This document shows, one piece after another, positions 8,057 to 18,341 of a stretch of 43,895 nt of DNA. This DNA comes from a virus, in the UHGV virus genome UHGV-0356621; one strand, given 5' to 3'. Every line of letters starts with the position of its first letter. Positions within the stretch are counted from its first letter, which is position 1. A program made the translations under genes and the position numbers. Under the pieces are notes generated by a model. It was not told where the DNA came from. It saw only the letters and a program-made list of their open reading frames with translations, and ran no database searches.

Positions 8057-9121
8057 TCATCCTGCGGTTTTGTTTATGGACGCTCCTGATTGCAAATCTC
8101 GCGCCCCCCTCGCAAAGCACATCAAATCCATGTACCACGCCTGACCTCTTGTGTCGCCAGTATAGTCGATAGCTTTGACGATATAAACGCCATCTGTAGC
8201 AATGCTGGCAGCCTGTGACGTCGTACCTGTCAGTACGCGGTTGCCGTTCTCTTCCGTCTCGGTGATACGCCCGGGCGACTGCGCGATTTCGCTATTGCCG
8301 AGTGCGGCGCGGTACACTGAAGCCTGATCGAGCTGGATAAGGCCATTAATGCGGATGTTGGGGTTTATCAAACACCGCACGTTTACGCCGCCGCCCATCG
8401 TCTGTTGCGGCATACCGATCAGGCCAGTATCGGCATTCAGCACGATGGCTTCGTGAATATATTTATCCTCCGGCACCATCTGGACCTGACCATCCACCAG
8501 CTGCCATGTCGCTTTGCACTGCGCAGCAATATTATCCATCACGTTACGGGTGGATGAGTAAATCGCGCGGCCACGAGGAAACACGGTATCAGGAAAGTCA
8601 CCGGTTATGCCCTGCGTTACGCCGAACGCGTTGAAATCCTGCATCGTCGCCCGGTGCAGATCCGCAACGGTATAACCGGCTGCAAGCGTGGTGATGGTAG
8701 TCGCATAGAGGAACGCTTCGTGGTCACCAATCGCCTGAATCAACACCCAGGAGTCGGTAATGTTATCCTTCCCGGTGACGGTGAAGCGAATATCACCGTC
8801 AAATATCAGGCCGTAGTTCTGACCGTTCACCTGCCCTACCTGGTCTGGTGAAATCTTCCGGGCGACACCAACCTGGCTCGCATCAACATCCGGCGCAATA
8901 CCGTCATACCCGGCAATGATGCGAATTTTTGCAAACTCCTGCCCCAGTATCTTGTTCGTGGTATCGGTCGAAAGGTTGTAAATTTTCACGTTCGCCACTC
9001 GCGGCCAGCGTGTATCTGCCCACTCGATCTGGAACGTGACCTTAAAATCAGACAGGGAAACGCCCTGCCCGTTCTGGTCCAACAGTTGCAGCTCAAAATG
9101 GCGCATCCAGTTAAGAGACAT
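8057..9121 (-). CDS. Tail/baseplate hub protein (Mu gp44 / P2 gpD position)
   Basis: 354 aa between the tape-measure-proximal tail genes and the spike; assigned by gene order; ATG verified. Confidence 0.5.
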   Translation of the reverse strand: MSLNWMRHFELQLLDQNGQGVSLSDFKVTFQIEWADTRWPRVANVKIYNLSTDTTNKILGQEFAKIRIIAGYDGIAPDVDASQVGVARKISPDQVGQVNGQNYGLIFDGDIRFTVTGKDNITDSWVLIQAIGDHEAFLYATTITTLAAGYTVADLHRATMQDFNAFGVTQGITGDFPDTVFPRGRAIYSSTRNVMDNIAAQCKATWQLVDGQVQMVPEDKYIHEAIVLNADTGLIGMPQQTMGGGVNVRCLINPNIRINGLIQLDQASVYRAALGNSEIAQSPGRITETEENGNRVLTGTTSQAASIATDGVYIVKAIDYTGDTRGQAWYMDLMCFARGARDLQSGASINKTAG

Positions 9122-9123
9122 TT

Positions 9124-9429
9124 CTACTCCTGTACGAAAATGAGGTGGCTGTATGTGCCGAGGTTGGTTTTGGTGGGCTCGTCTGGTGCGCCCTTATCGG
9201 TCGCCACCACCAGCGCGCCATCAATGCCAAGCTGTGGATATTGTCGTAAAAGGTTTACGCCGGTCAGTAGAGGTACGCCAGAGAGAAGCGCGGCACCGCC
9301 GCTATCCATCACGTCCATAATCCAGCCAGCCGCATCACGCCAGATGATCCTGAGTGTATACGTGGTATTGCCCAGCAAAACTCGGAACCGCTGATTGTCA
9401 GGAGAAAGCGGTATTTCGTTAAACTGCAT
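9124..9429 (-). CDS. Hypothetical tail protein
   Basis: 101-aa ORF in the tail cluster; ATG verified. Confidence 0.4.
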   Translation of the reverse strand: MQFNEIPLSPDNQRFRVLLGNTTYTLRIIWRDAAGWIMDVMDSGGAALLSGVPLLTGVNLLRQYPQLGIDGALVVATDKGAPDEPTKTNLGTYSHLIFVQE

Positions 9430-9430
9430 A

Positions 9431-10033
9431 TCATCCCCCGAATGCTGATGTAACGCTTCCGCCCAGCTGGCTCAGCAAGGATTCGTTTGGCGGTGTAGTG
9501 GATTTCATCCCGGAATTCTGCACCGCCGATGTGCTGACGCCATCCTGCATATCTGATTTATCTGCAACGCTAACGCTCTGCGTCTGCGACATGATCACTT
9601 CACGCAGGGTAAGCGTGCAGTTCAGCACGTTCTCGCTGGTTTTATCCGTTGTCACCTCGATGGCTCGCACCAGCATATTGCTGTAAACCCGCTTTCCGGT
9701 CACTACATCGAACGGCACCCGAGAGGACTGGAGATCCAGTAGTTGCTGATAGGTCTCTTTGGGGCTAAGTCCGGCGCTGAGGCCGATTGAAGATGTATCA
9801 ATGAAGTCCAGCAACGAACCGCCACCAGCGAAGCCGCATTCCATTGTGACTTCGCTGGGACGCTTATACGCATGATCGGCAATGAAACCCGATGCGCTAT
9901 TCGTTGTCGGCTTCTCCACCGGGTGCTCAGTAATTTCAAGCGCATCAGAATGCTTTTCGGAAACGACTACACTGGGGATGAGTATGCCAATTCGCCGGGA
10001 TTGCTGGCGAAAAATCGCTGATAAAATATCCAT
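9431..10033 (-). CDS. Hypothetical tail protein (downstream of tape measure)
   Basis: 200 aa, start overlaps the tape-measure stop; position as in Mu gp43-like proteins. Confidence 0.4.
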   Translation of the reverse strand: MDILSAIFRQQSRRIGILIPSVVVSEKHSDALEITEHPVEKPTTNSASGFIADHAYKRPSEVTMECGFAGGGSLLDFIDTSSIGLSAGLSPKETYQQLLDLQSSRVPFDVVTGKRVYSNMLVRAIEVTTDKTSENVLNCTLTLREVIMSQTQSVSVADKSDMQDGVSTSAVQNSGMKSTTPPNESLLSQLGGSVTSAFGG

Positions 10034-12048
10034 TAGCTATTTCTCGTGATGAGTTGCTGAGTTAGAACAGAGTTGACACTCCCTTGGCGTTCAGCTGAGA
10101 GACGAGCCGCTTCACGTGGGTCGGAAACACCGTGGATGTTAATGTTCGTTTCCTGCTGAATCACCGGGGCGCTGGTGGGCATATTGCTCATCACTTTCGG
10201 AATGTAGTTGCGCGTTTCCTGCGGCATTAGCCCCATGCCATAGCGCTGAACGTTGCCGATCCCCCAGTTATATGATGCCAGTGCTTTGCTAAGGTCTCCG
10301 CCGTTCTGCCGCAACAGCTGGCTGAGGTACTTAGCTGCGGCCTGAGCTGACTTTTGCGGGTCGAATACATCGTTTCCGCGAAGGCCCATGTCTCGCGCCG
10401 TGCCATCCATGAACTGGAACAGACCTTTAGCGCCAGCGCCTGAAACGGCGAACTGATTACCGCCAGATTCCGTTATGGCCACACTGCGCAATAACCCCTC
10501 CGGAAGCCGGTAGAGCTGTTCCAGGTTGGTAAGCATCGGCTGCATCCATCCCAGCAGTTCAGAGCCTGCTTTGGTTGGCTGTGGCCGCTTAACTGACTGG
10601 CCGAGCTGTTCAGGCTCATCATCACCGAACCAGCCGCGCACCGTTCGGCCCACGCTGCGAGGATCGAATCCCCAGTGCTCTTTAATCCAGTCGGCTGTAC
10701 CGTTGGCGCTGTCTGTTACCATCGGCATCGCTGACGGATTTTCGCTGCCCTGATTTAGCAGCTGTTTGCCTATACTAGCGGCCTGCGCCCAGTTGCCATC
10801 TTTTATGGCATTCAGCAAATCAGCGATCATGTTCAGCATCTTGCCGAACTCACCCATTTGCGAAATGAAGTTGCTAAAATCCCACTTTAGGGACCATGAC
10901 TTGGGGTCAATACCGAGCAACTTAGCCAGCGCTTTTGTCAGGTCCGTAACAGTCTTTTTCAGGTCACCAATCATTTTGACGGCCTGATCAATTTCAGTCT
11001 TCCATTTCCCCCAGTCAATCAGGCTTTTGCCACCTTCTTTCCACGTCTGGTAATCATCCAAGAGCAGACCAAGTGCAATAATAAGCGTCGTTATCATGCC
11101 CAAGGGTGATGACATGAAAGCGGTATTTAGCAGCCGCCATGCAACCAACAGCCCACTGAACAATGCGATAAGCTGCTGCGTGGCTGGGTTCAGCTTTTTG
11201 AACCAGGCGATCACACCCTCAACAGCTTGCCCAGTTCGCCATAACACGCGGGTAATCGCGTCACCTGCCCAGAGAATTCCTTTGATGATCTTCGTGATGA
11301 CCGCTTCAATCTTCGGCCAGTTGTCGAGTATCTGCCTGCGGAAGTTATCAATACTGCCAGCAAGGCCACCAGCTAGGTTAGAGCCAATCTTGTCTTTCGC
11401 CTGTCCAAGCGTCATCGTCAGATTACGCATGGAGGTCATGAAAATATTGGACTGTTTAGCCGCTGACTCAGCATTAAAACCAATACGCTTTGCCGTCAAC
11501 GCGTACTCAGAACTGAGCTGCCCCATCCCTCTGCGCATCGCCATCAGCGTGTTTTCATCGATGCCAAGCATCTGCGCGTATTGCTTCGCGCGGTAATACG
11601 GCATGTTGTTGAGCTTTTGCCCAACGCCAGTAAAGATGGCCGCAGTATCACGCATCTTTCCGCTGGCATCTCGGGTCTGGACACCCAGACGGTTCAGGAA
11701 GCCTTCCGCCCCCGGATTGCTACGCATGAAACCGGCCAGCCCTTCGAGGGAGGACATGGCCGACTCGGCGCTGGCACCGGTTTGCGACGCGGCATAGCCC
11801 AGCGCTTTGATGCCCTGGACGCTGGCCCCCGTCCGTTGGGATGCCCAGTAAATTTTATCCAGACCATTCGCGATCTGGGTGGTAAATCCGACAATGCTCA
11901 GCGCTGCGCCTTCCACCACCGCGCCGACCTTCAGAACGTTTGCGGTAACGCCTTTCAGCACGGCTTCAAACTTATTAGCGCCAGCCTGATCGATATCGAA
12001 TCCCAGCGAAACAAGGAAGTCTTTAATCGTATCTGCGTTACCGCTCAT
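10033..12048 (-). CDS. Tail tape measure protein with C-terminal lytic transglycosylase (SLT) domain
   Basis: 671 aa; hydrophobic central segments; C-terminal ITESGGNQFAVSGAGAKGLFQFM...YNWG matches the SLT catalytic region; follows the chaperone/frameshift gene. Confidence 0.8.
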   Translation of the reverse strand: MSGNADTIKDFLVSLGFDIDQAGANKFEAVLKGVTANVLKVGAVVEGAALSIVGFTTQIANGLDKIYWASQRTGASVQGIKALGYAASQTGASAESAMSSLEGLAGFMRSNPGAEGFLNRLGVQTRDASGKMRDTAAIFTGVGQKLNNMPYYRAKQYAQMLGIDENTLMAMRRGMGQLSSEYALTAKRIGFNAESAAKQSNIFMTSMRNLTMTLGQAKDKIGSNLAGGLAGSIDNFRRQILDNWPKIEAVITKIIKGILWAGDAITRVLWRTGQAVEGVIAWFKKLNPATQQLIALFSGLLVAWRLLNTAFMSSPLGMITTLIIALGLLLDDYQTWKEGGKSLIDWGKWKTEIDQAVKMIGDLKKTVTDLTKALAKLLGIDPKSWSLKWDFSNFISQMGEFGKMLNMIADLLNAIKDGNWAQAASIGKQLLNQGSENPSAMPMVTDSANGTADWIKEHWGFDPRSVGRTVRGWFGDDEPEQLGQSVKRPQPTKAGSELLGWMQPMLTNLEQLYRLPEGLLRSVAITESGGNQFAVSGAGAKGLFQFMDGTARDMGLRGNDVFDPQKSAQAAAKYLSQLLRQNGGDLSKALASYNWGIGNVQRYGMGLMPQETRNYIPKVMSNMPTSAPVIQQETNINIHGVSDPREAARLSAERQGSVNSVLTQQLITRNS

Positions 12049-12285
12049 TGGCCGCTCTCCATTTATCTACCCGGGCGTCGTTATCCTCGCGCATGTCGAG
12101 GTAGTCATTGAGAAGCGCGATACGGCAGAGGTCTACCGCACCGCTGTTAAGGTCTTTCTGGTCAATATGGAAGGCAAGCGCCGGACGAAGAATAAAGTCT
12201 TCACCGCCCGGCAGGCTGTTGAAGGTTATTCCGCTGGCGGGGTGGGCGTCTCGCTGGTAGGGAGTCCTTGCAAAAAATTTCCCAG
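12035..12285 (-). other. Predicted -1 programmed frameshift extension of the tail assembly chaperone (GT-like product)
   Basis: Slippery heptamer T_TTT_TTG in frame (codons AAT TTT TTG) about 15 codons before the chaperone stop; the -1 frame stays open for about 70 codons and ends at TAA just past the tape-measure ATG. Confidence 0.5.
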
Positions 12286-12651
12286 CGAGTCGGCGACCAC
12301 CCGCGCCACCAGTTGCAGCATGGTAAGCAGGTCGATATCGTCAAACGCCATTTCGCCATGCTGGCAGACCGGCACCCAGCCTTTCATGTGCTCGCGTGAA
12401 ACAACGGAAAGGCAGGGGAACAGGATAGCGTCAACGTCGCCATCGCTCAGATCGGACACAGCATTGGCAATCTTTGGCAGGATGGTAGCCATCGCGCCTT
12501 CGGTGTCTTTGCTGCTGATCTTCTCCTGAACGCTCCGGAAGTCAGAAACCATCCCGGCCAGCACCGGCAACAGCTTTCGGGACACCTTCAGCTGTTCGAA
12601 AACGCTGAGCTTTGCGGTGCGATATTTCACGCCTTTAATTTCGAATTCCAT
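12226..12651 (-). CDS. Tail assembly chaperone (G-like)
   Basis: 141 aa between tail tube and tape measure; ATG verified; contains a slippery site near its 3' end (see next feature). Confidence 0.6.
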   Translation of the reverse strand: MEFEIKGVKYRTAKLSVFEQLKVSRKLLPVLAGMVSDFRSVQEKISSKDTEGAMATILPKIANAVSDLSDGDVDAILFPCLSVVSREHMKGWVPVCQHGEMAFDDIDLLTMLQLVARVVADSLGNFLQGLPTSETPTPPAE

Positions 12652-12654
12652 GCG

Positions 12655-13095
12655 TTAAAACTCCCCGAGCAGCTGGTCAATCTTGCCGCAGTCGAATACC
12701 CAGGCGACGGTTCCGCCCTCTTTAGCGTTATTGAAATCAGGCTGTTTCTGGAATGCACACGAACGCGCAGTAGAAATATCACCCGATGCCGTGTTGCGAA
12801 TAACGATCACGTTATTGCCCCAGGTTGCAGAGGACTGGCTCTGCGCGTTGTACGCCAGCGACAGCTTCTTGTTTACCGGTGATGTTTTCAGCAGGGTGAC
12901 CGTGATTGTTCCGCTTTTCCCGGCGTGCAGGCTATGCATCACCTCGCCGCCAGCTCCGATCGTCATGGTGTTTTTGTTCTCGGTCATGGTGACCGTGATG
13001 CCCTCTTCCGAGTTGGCAGAGCCGTAACCGAGATCGATAACCCCAGTTGGTCCGGTCATGGACGCGGTGACATCTATAAAGCTATAGGTTGACAT
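12655..13095 (-). CDS. Tail tube protein
   Basis: 146 aa directly downstream of the sheath gene; ATG verified. Confidence 0.6.
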   Translation of the reverse strand: MSTYSFIDVTASMTGPTGVIDLGYGSANSEEGITVTMTENKNTMTIGAGGEVMHSLHAGKSGTITVTLLKTSPVNKKLSLAYNAQSQSSATWGNNVIVIRNTASGDISTARSCAFQKQPDFNNAKEGGTVAWVFDCGKIDQLLGEF

Positions 13096-13105
13096 TCATT
13101 GCTCC

Positions 13106-14596
13106 TTAGCGAACCACATTGATGAGGACATCAGCGAAGTGAATGGCGCCCGCCAGTTTCGCCGCCACCTGAATCACCGGAGCTTTACGCGCTTCGCGAT
13201 CTGCCTGCGCCTGAGAGTTGAGGGGATTCGCGTAAACGTAATAACCCTTTGTCAGCGTGTCGCCCGGAGCTAACTGGCCGATACTTCCGCCGTTCCATAA
13301 CCCCGGAGCAACCAGCCCGTTATTCACTGACTGATCCATCGACTGCTCGATGTTCGTCACCAGGCGTGTCACACCGGCTTCGGTTTGTGGGATTTTGGTG
13401 GTGGAGGTGTAAAGCAGATTCCAGAGGTTGTTCTGGACATAGTTCTGTAGCCAGTCGAGACCGTGGCGCTCATCGAAGAAATCACCGTTGCACATCACGC
13501 CTTCCTGGATGATGGCGGTGTCGTTGGTGTAGCGTACGAACACGTTGCAGTTTTTGGCCTTCAGCGTGTCTGCCTGCTGCGCGGTGATCGTCTCTGCAGC
13601 GATGCCGGGCTCCTGCTTGAACTTCAGGGTAATGGTGGTGTTATTGCCCAGGAAGTTCACGGTAAATGCCCGGCCAAATGCTGACGCCGCGGCATAAGGC
13701 ACCTGGCTGTACTGACAGAAGGTGCGGCCGTAGCCCGCCGCTTTCAGCTTGTAGGCAATATCCGTGGTACTGGTTGCATCCAGAACCGCCGATGCGGAAG
13801 TGGTTACACCATACACGCGGGAGTCACTTGCAGAGCCAATCAGCGCGGAAACATCGATATGGTTCTGATCTGTCATCGCCGTGTCGGCAATTACCAGGCC
13901 ATACCAGTCGGCGGAGTAGTTCAGGGCGGTAGTGACCGACGGGAGAACTGAAGAGGACGCCGCCTGGCCGTTTACCACCGTGGGGTTGTGTGCTGAATCA
14001 ATGCCCAGTAGTGGAGCCAGGTCGGTGCCGGTTCCCGCAGCCGTCGGGATCCCGATAGCAGACGCCGCCCCGGTGGTGGTCGAGGTGATAACGAACTGGC
14101 TGGAGCCAGCCACCCAGGACACCGTAGCGCCGGTCATCTTCGCTGTAATCGCCGTCGCGACGCCAGCAAGGTCGGTAACCGCCGAGAGGTTAATCGCGGT
14201 GAGCGTTACAACTGTGCCGTTAATCGAAAGCTTCAGAGCGCCAGCTGTCACCGCTGTGAAGTTCGACAGCGCCTTTTCAGCCGTGGAGAGGACAGCGCCG
14301 GTCAACTTGCCTGATGAGGCAGAGACAGAGGTGCGGGCCAGTTTGCCGATGTACAGATCGCGAGGCTGCGGCGACTGCTGGAAGTAAAGATTAGCCGCTT
14401 TGTACTCTTCAGCACTGGTGCCAAAGTCCGTAGCGACGCTTTCAATGCTCTGATAGAGGCGCATCACCTCTGGTGCGGTGATCACGCTGGACGTGCCAAG
14501 CACCAGCAGCGCCCCAAAGTTGCGCCCGGCCGCCGCACGAACGGCGAGCGACACCTGCACGTTCACGACGCGCTGGACAGATAAGCCGTTAGGCAT
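13106..14596 (-). CDS. Tail sheath protein
   Basis: 496 aa, first gene of the tail block, followed by tube, chaperone and tape measure as in Mu/P2; ATG verified. Confidence 0.7.
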   Translation of the reverse strand: MPNGLSVQRVVNVQVSLAVRAAAGRNFGALLVLGTSSVITAPEVMRLYQSIESVATDFGTSAEEYKAANLYFQQSPQPRDLYIGKLARTSVSASSGKLTGAVLSTAEKALSNFTAVTAGALKLSINGTVVTLTAINLSAVTDLAGVATAITAKMTGATVSWVAGSSQFVITSTTTGAASAIGIPTAAGTGTDLAPLLGIDSAHNPTVVNGQAASSSVLPSVTTALNYSADWYGLVIADTAMTDQNHIDVSALIGSASDSRVYGVTTSASAVLDATSTTDIAYKLKAAGYGRTFCQYSQVPYAAASAFGRAFTVNFLGNNTTITLKFKQEPGIAAETITAQQADTLKAKNCNVFVRYTNDTAIIQEGVMCNGDFFDERHGLDWLQNYVQNNLWNLLYTSTTKIPQTEAGVTRLVTNIEQSMDQSVNNGLVAPGLWNGGSIGQLAPGDTLTKGYYVYANPLNSQAQADREARKAPVIQVAAKLAGAIHFADVLINVVR

Positions 14597-14599
14597 GGT

Positions 14600-15205
14600 T
14601 TATTCTCCAAAAAAGGTGACTGGCGCTTCCACCAGCGATTTAATGCCGTACTCGCGCACAACCTTCCGGCGCAGGCGCACCGTCATGTCGTAGCGGCGAA
14701 CCCATTGCTGGTTGATAAGTTCGGGGAAAGGGGTCAGACCGGTATAGTCGCCCAGGGACAAACCAAGCGCGTTCAGCTCAGCATTGTTTTGCGGGACAGA
14801 TATGCCATCACGAAAACGGGAAGCATAAGACATACCAGCCGGGCCATAGAACGACGCCATGCACTCGAACGTTTCATGCCGCCAGAGCTGAGCGCCCTCA
14901 TCGGTCTGCCTGGTGAATGCAGGACTGTTATCAATGGGCCACCCGGTAACGCCGAACGCACACCAGTTCGTTTCAACTGACGGTAGTGATGGCTGTTCTT
15001 TCTGCCAGCGCGGGCGAACCATCCCAGCCGGCAAGCCGGAAACGTTGCGCATCCACTGGCTTAACAGCCTGTCGAGCGCTTCGTCATAATCCGGATCGCC
15101 GCTGGTAGGTGTCAGCCAGCCGCGCTGTGTGCTGGTGTTATTGCTCAACGGGAGTACCCCCATCAAACGGCAACAGTTCGCAATGTGCCTGGACGAAGCC
15201 AGCAC
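14600..15205 (-). CDS. Hypothetical head-tail joining / tail completion protein
   Basis: ORF between neck genes and sheath; track start is GTG and an internal ATG lies at 15163; start uncertain. Confidence 0.35.
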   Translation of the reverse strand: MLASSRHIANCCRLMGVLPLSNNTSTQRGWLTPTSGDPDYDEALDRLLSQWMRNVSGLPAGMVRPRWQKEQPSLPSVETNWCAFGVTGWPIDNSPAFTRQTDEGAQLWRHETFECMASFYGPAGMSYASRFRDGISVPQNNAELNALGLSLGDYTGLTPFPELINQQWVRRYDMTVRLRRKVVREYGIKSLVEAPVTFFGE

Positions 15206-15527
15206 CGTAAGCGGTATACGGATCGACGAATGTCACACGATAATCACGGTTCTGATACGTCACGATATCGGCATCACGGCCAGTCTGCCCCTGCGTCAGT
15301 CGCTCAGTCGTCACGATGAGAATCGCGCCACTGATAACCTGTCCGGCCTGCATGCGGCGGTTTTCCAGAGAGCGGTCAACGGTAACAACTCCGGCAAACT
15401 GCGTTTTAACATCGCTGTCGCTGCCGATCCCGTCCTCGTCCACCGTTTGCGCGCGACGCGTTACCCACAGGTTGAAGTCGCAAAAATCGGGGTCAAAAAG
15501 CACGTCTGTTACATCAAGAGTCGGCAT
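15138..15527 (-). CDS. Hypothetical head-tail connector protein
   Basis: 129 aa; ATG verified; assigned by position. Confidence 0.4.
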   Translation of the reverse strand: MPTLDVTDVLFDPDFCDFNLWVTRRAQTVDEDGIGSDSDVKTQFAGVVTVDRSLENRRMQAGQVISGAILIVTTERLTQGQTGRDADIVTYQNRDYRVTFVDPYTAYGAGFVQAHCELLPFDGGTPVEQ

Positions 15528-16101
15528 CTTTATCCCTCACAACATGGGTAATGGCTCTGCGGTATTGTCCGGTATCAATCAACGGCCTTACATTCTCATT
15601 GCTTATCAATTGACCAGAATCTGGGTTGATAGCATTAAGCTTTCCGTCTGCCGATCTGCGTGCTAACTCCGCTTTCGCCCCTTTACGCCCGCGACGCGCG
15701 CGTGCTTCAACGGTGCTATCAGCAAGCGGCGTAAAACCGGTAATGGTCATGTAACGCCTGACACCGTTAGCAGCCAGCGTACCCGCCTGGTTGAGAGCTC
15801 TTTCAGCGCCATCCGCATTACCATCAAGCGCAGCCTGCGCCGCTGCTTTGAGCTGCGGCACTGTCTGTTCCTCTACTGATTTAACGCCGGGGACCAAGTG
15901 CGGGCGTGGGGGGATGTTTTGCGCCGGTGAGCCGTATTCGTTGACGTAACCGATCCCGGCATTGCCAAACGGAACATCTTCACGCTCGCTGTCTTCCGAA
16001 GGGATGCCGACCAGCACATCCTTTTTGGTTAGCGACCTGAGCGCATCCAGAATGGCCTGAGCGTTATCCACCCTCGTTGTTACACCGCTTTTGAAACTCA
16101 T
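15514..16101 (-). CDS. Hypothetical head-tail adaptor protein
   Basis: 195 aa; ATG verified; overlaps the upstream stop (ATGA). Confidence 0.4.
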   Translation of the reverse strand: MSFKSGVTTRVDNAQAILDALRSLTKKDVLVGIPSEDSEREDVPFGNAGIGYVNEYGSPAQNIPPRPHLVPGVKSVEEQTVPQLKAAAQAALDGNADGAERALNQAGTLAANGVRRYMTITGFTPLADSTVEARARRGRKGAKAELARRSADGKLNAINPDSGQLISNENVRPLIDTGQYRRAITHVVRDKDADS

Positions 16102-16517
16102 AGCTGGCGACCGCCCGCACCGAACATCGTGATCAGCTGATAAAATTCAGCGCCATATCGGGTGTTATTCCAGAAGCCCGCGTCTGGATTGAGTGTCATG
16201 CTGGTGTCATAGCTGACGCTAACCTTGTCAACAGACTTGGAGGACTGCACGCCATTGGTTGAACCACCCGGGCCACCAACCAGCATCGCCCGGCTATCTG
16301 CCGCCCAGAGCGTCATGTAGTGCGCCACGAACAACTCGGCAAAGTACGGAAACAACTTTTTGCCGGTGACGTTTTCACTCAGCAGCTCATCGGCCAGATT
16401 CAGGCGAAATTCGATTTGGGGATCGGGATATTTTGCCGGGTCAGCAAACTGCGGGAAGTCGCGCCGAAAATCACTTACTGTTGGCAGGCTTTGATTCTTT
16501 GACATCTTTCGCCCCAT
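16098..16517 (-). CDS. Hypothetical head completion protein
   Basis: Track start 16541 is TTG; ATGs at 16517 and 16505; assigned by position. Confidence 0.4.
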   Translation of the reverse strand: MGRKMSKNQSLPTVSDFRRDFPQFADPAKYPDPQIEFRLNLADELLSENVTGKKLFPYFAELFVAHYMTLWAADSRAMLVGGPGGSTNGVQSSKSVDKVSVSYDTSMTLNPDAGFWNNTRYGAEFYQLITMFGAGGRQL

Positions 16518-16839
16518 TACCGCCAGTCTGGGCGGCAGCAATCTGCGCTTGCAGGCCGTCGTTCTGCTCCTGCAGCTTGAGCAGCGCTTCTTTCAGATCG
16601 GCAATCAGCTTATCTTTATCGGCAATCTGCGCTTGCAGGCCGTCGATAATGGGTTGCAGATCATCGGTGTTGCTAATCACGCTTTCGGAAAGCTCAGAGT
16701 GCGCCTGGGTGAACCAGTGCGCCGCGACCTCTTCCGACACATTATGCCGCCCCCGGCCAAACTCCTGTTTTGACTGATCGCCGAGCGTCAGCGTAAACGG
16801 GGTGTGAACATGGATGGTAACCAGCTTTTCTTTCGCCAT
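16471..16839 (-). CDS. Coiled-coil structural protein
   Basis: 122 aa with repeated DGLQAQIA; the DNA carries a 23-bp direct repeat CAATCTGCGCTTGCAGGCCGTCG at about 16538 and 16622; AGAAGGAAA RBS. Confidence 0.45.
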   Translation of the reverse strand: MAKEKLVTIHVHTPFTLTLGDQSKQEFGRGRHNVSEEVAAHWFTQAHSELSESVISNTDDLQPIIDGLQAQIADKDKLIADLKEALLKLQEQNDGLQAQIAAAQTGGNGAKDVKESKPANSK

Positions 16840-16880
16840 TTTCAGTTTCCTTCTGGCCCCTTTCGGGGCCGTTCTGGTTA

Positions 16881-17822
16881 TCAGATACCGTCCACGTAGG
16901 ACAGGGTTTCTTTGTACACTGGCTCAACCGCACCGAGCTTGCCGTAGTAGGTCGCAATCTGGTACAGACCGCGATACTGGATAGGAACGCTCTGCAACGG
17001 CACCAGCGGATAGCGCACGTATTTCTTGTCGTTGGTGTAGGCGACCATACGGTCTTTACCGCCAACCCCGCGCCCTTTCAGCCATTTAACCGCTTTGATT
17101 TCCAGCGGAACGCCGTTCTGGTGGAAAGCGATAGTGTTCACGGCCAGATAGGTCAGCAGCGACTGGTTACCCGCTTCGGAAACCTTACGGCTCGCCAGCA
17201 GTGAATACTGCTCTGGCGGAATGCGCAGATCAGAAGGCACGACGGAATAACCGGATGCTGCCCAGGCATTCGACAGAATGCTGTTCACGCTATCGAGAAT
17301 CTCGTCGTTGGTGGAGTTCGCCCAGGTCTTCGGCGCATTGTTCAGCGTCACACCGACAAGGTTTGCCAGCCCTTTCAGGCCGAGCGCATCATCGCCAATG
17401 TAAACCTGCTCGTCGTTGTCCATTTGCCATTTGAGCTGCATCCCGTCGTACTTCTGGGTATCAATCGGGCGACCTACCTGCTGAGCTGCTGCCAGCTCTA
17501 CAACGGTCCAGCCCAGTTCCATGCCCCAGAGGTTCAGCGGATTGCCGTCTTTGCCGATATCAACATTCACGCCAGCAATAGCAGTGGAGTCTTTGCCTAC
17601 CCAGTTTTTACCGTTCGGATTTGCGCCAGTACCAGCAGCGCCAAAACTGGTGTTAGTCCAGCTGGAAATGTCATCTGCGATAGAAACGTCTTCACGCAGC
17701 TGAATATCGCGGGTCCAGGTGTAACCCACCAGCGGCAGGTTCAGCGTCTGGTCGAGTCGCTCCAGCTCCCCGATGAGAAAGGCACCAGAGCTATCAACGG
17801 TTGCCTGATCAAAAGTAATCAT
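16881..17822 (-). CDS. Major capsid protein
   Basis: 313 aa, the largest head ORF, flanked by scaffold-like and decoration-like genes; ATG verified. Confidence 0.65.
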   Translation of the reverse strand: MITFDQATVDSSGAFLIGELERLDQTLNLPLVGYTWTRDIQLREDVSIADDISSWTNTSFGAAGTGANPNGKNWVGKDSTAIAGVNVDIGKDGNPLNLWGMELGWTVVELAAAQQVGRPIDTQKYDGMQLKWQMDNDEQVYIGDDALGLKGLANLVGVTLNNAPKTWANSTNDEILDSVNSILSNAWAASGYSVVPSDLRIPPEQYSLLASRKVSEAGNQSLLTYLAVNTIAFHQNGVPLEIKAVKWLKGRGVGGKDRMVAYTNDKKYVRYPLVPLQSVPIQYRGLYQIATYYGKLGAVEPVYKETLSYVDGI

Positions 17823-17833
17823 TCGTCTGTTCC

Positions 17834-18337
17834 TTAAATCTTCCAGGAGATTTCTGCATTGCCGTTAGCGTCACCGGCCCCTGTGAATTCGGCGTTGGTC
17901 AGCGCCACGTTTTTGCCACTGACGGACGTGGACATGAAGCCGCCCAGCGGCACTTTGATGGATACATCAGTGGAGACGACAACGTATACCGGGTCGCCTT
18001 TTTTGATGGTGCTGGCATCAAAATCAGAACCGAGATTAACGGTCATGTAGCCACGCTTCATGGCGTCACCCGGGAAGTTCTTATCCGTCCCCACCTGGCG
18101 AACCATGTCTGGCTGCGATGTGGTCGGATACGGACGAACGTAGATCCCCTTCACCTTGTCGGCGGTGTCACCGTCCGCCAGCGGCACGAAAAAGCCGTCA
18201 GCATCATATTTGCCAGCCAGACCATAGGCAGCGAAGGCGTTAGCGGATTTAAGGATCACCGGTTCGACGGTTAAGTCCTGCGGGCGAGAGATAGCCCCGG
18301 CAATGCCAACAGGCATCCGGTACAGATATGCAGTCAT
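17834..18337 (-). CDS. Putative head decoration / minor capsid protein
   Basis: 167 aa immediately upstream of the major capsid gene. Confidence 0.4.
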   Translation of the reverse strand: MTAYLYRMPVGIAGAISRPQDLTVEPVILKSANAFAAYGLAGKYDADGFFVPLADGDTADKVKGIYVRPYPTTSQPDMVRQVGTDKNFPGDAMKRGYMTVNLGSDFDASTIKKGDPVYVVVSTDVSIKVPLGGFMSTSVSGKNVALTNAEFTGAGDANGNAEISWKI

Positions 18338-18341
18338 TGGA

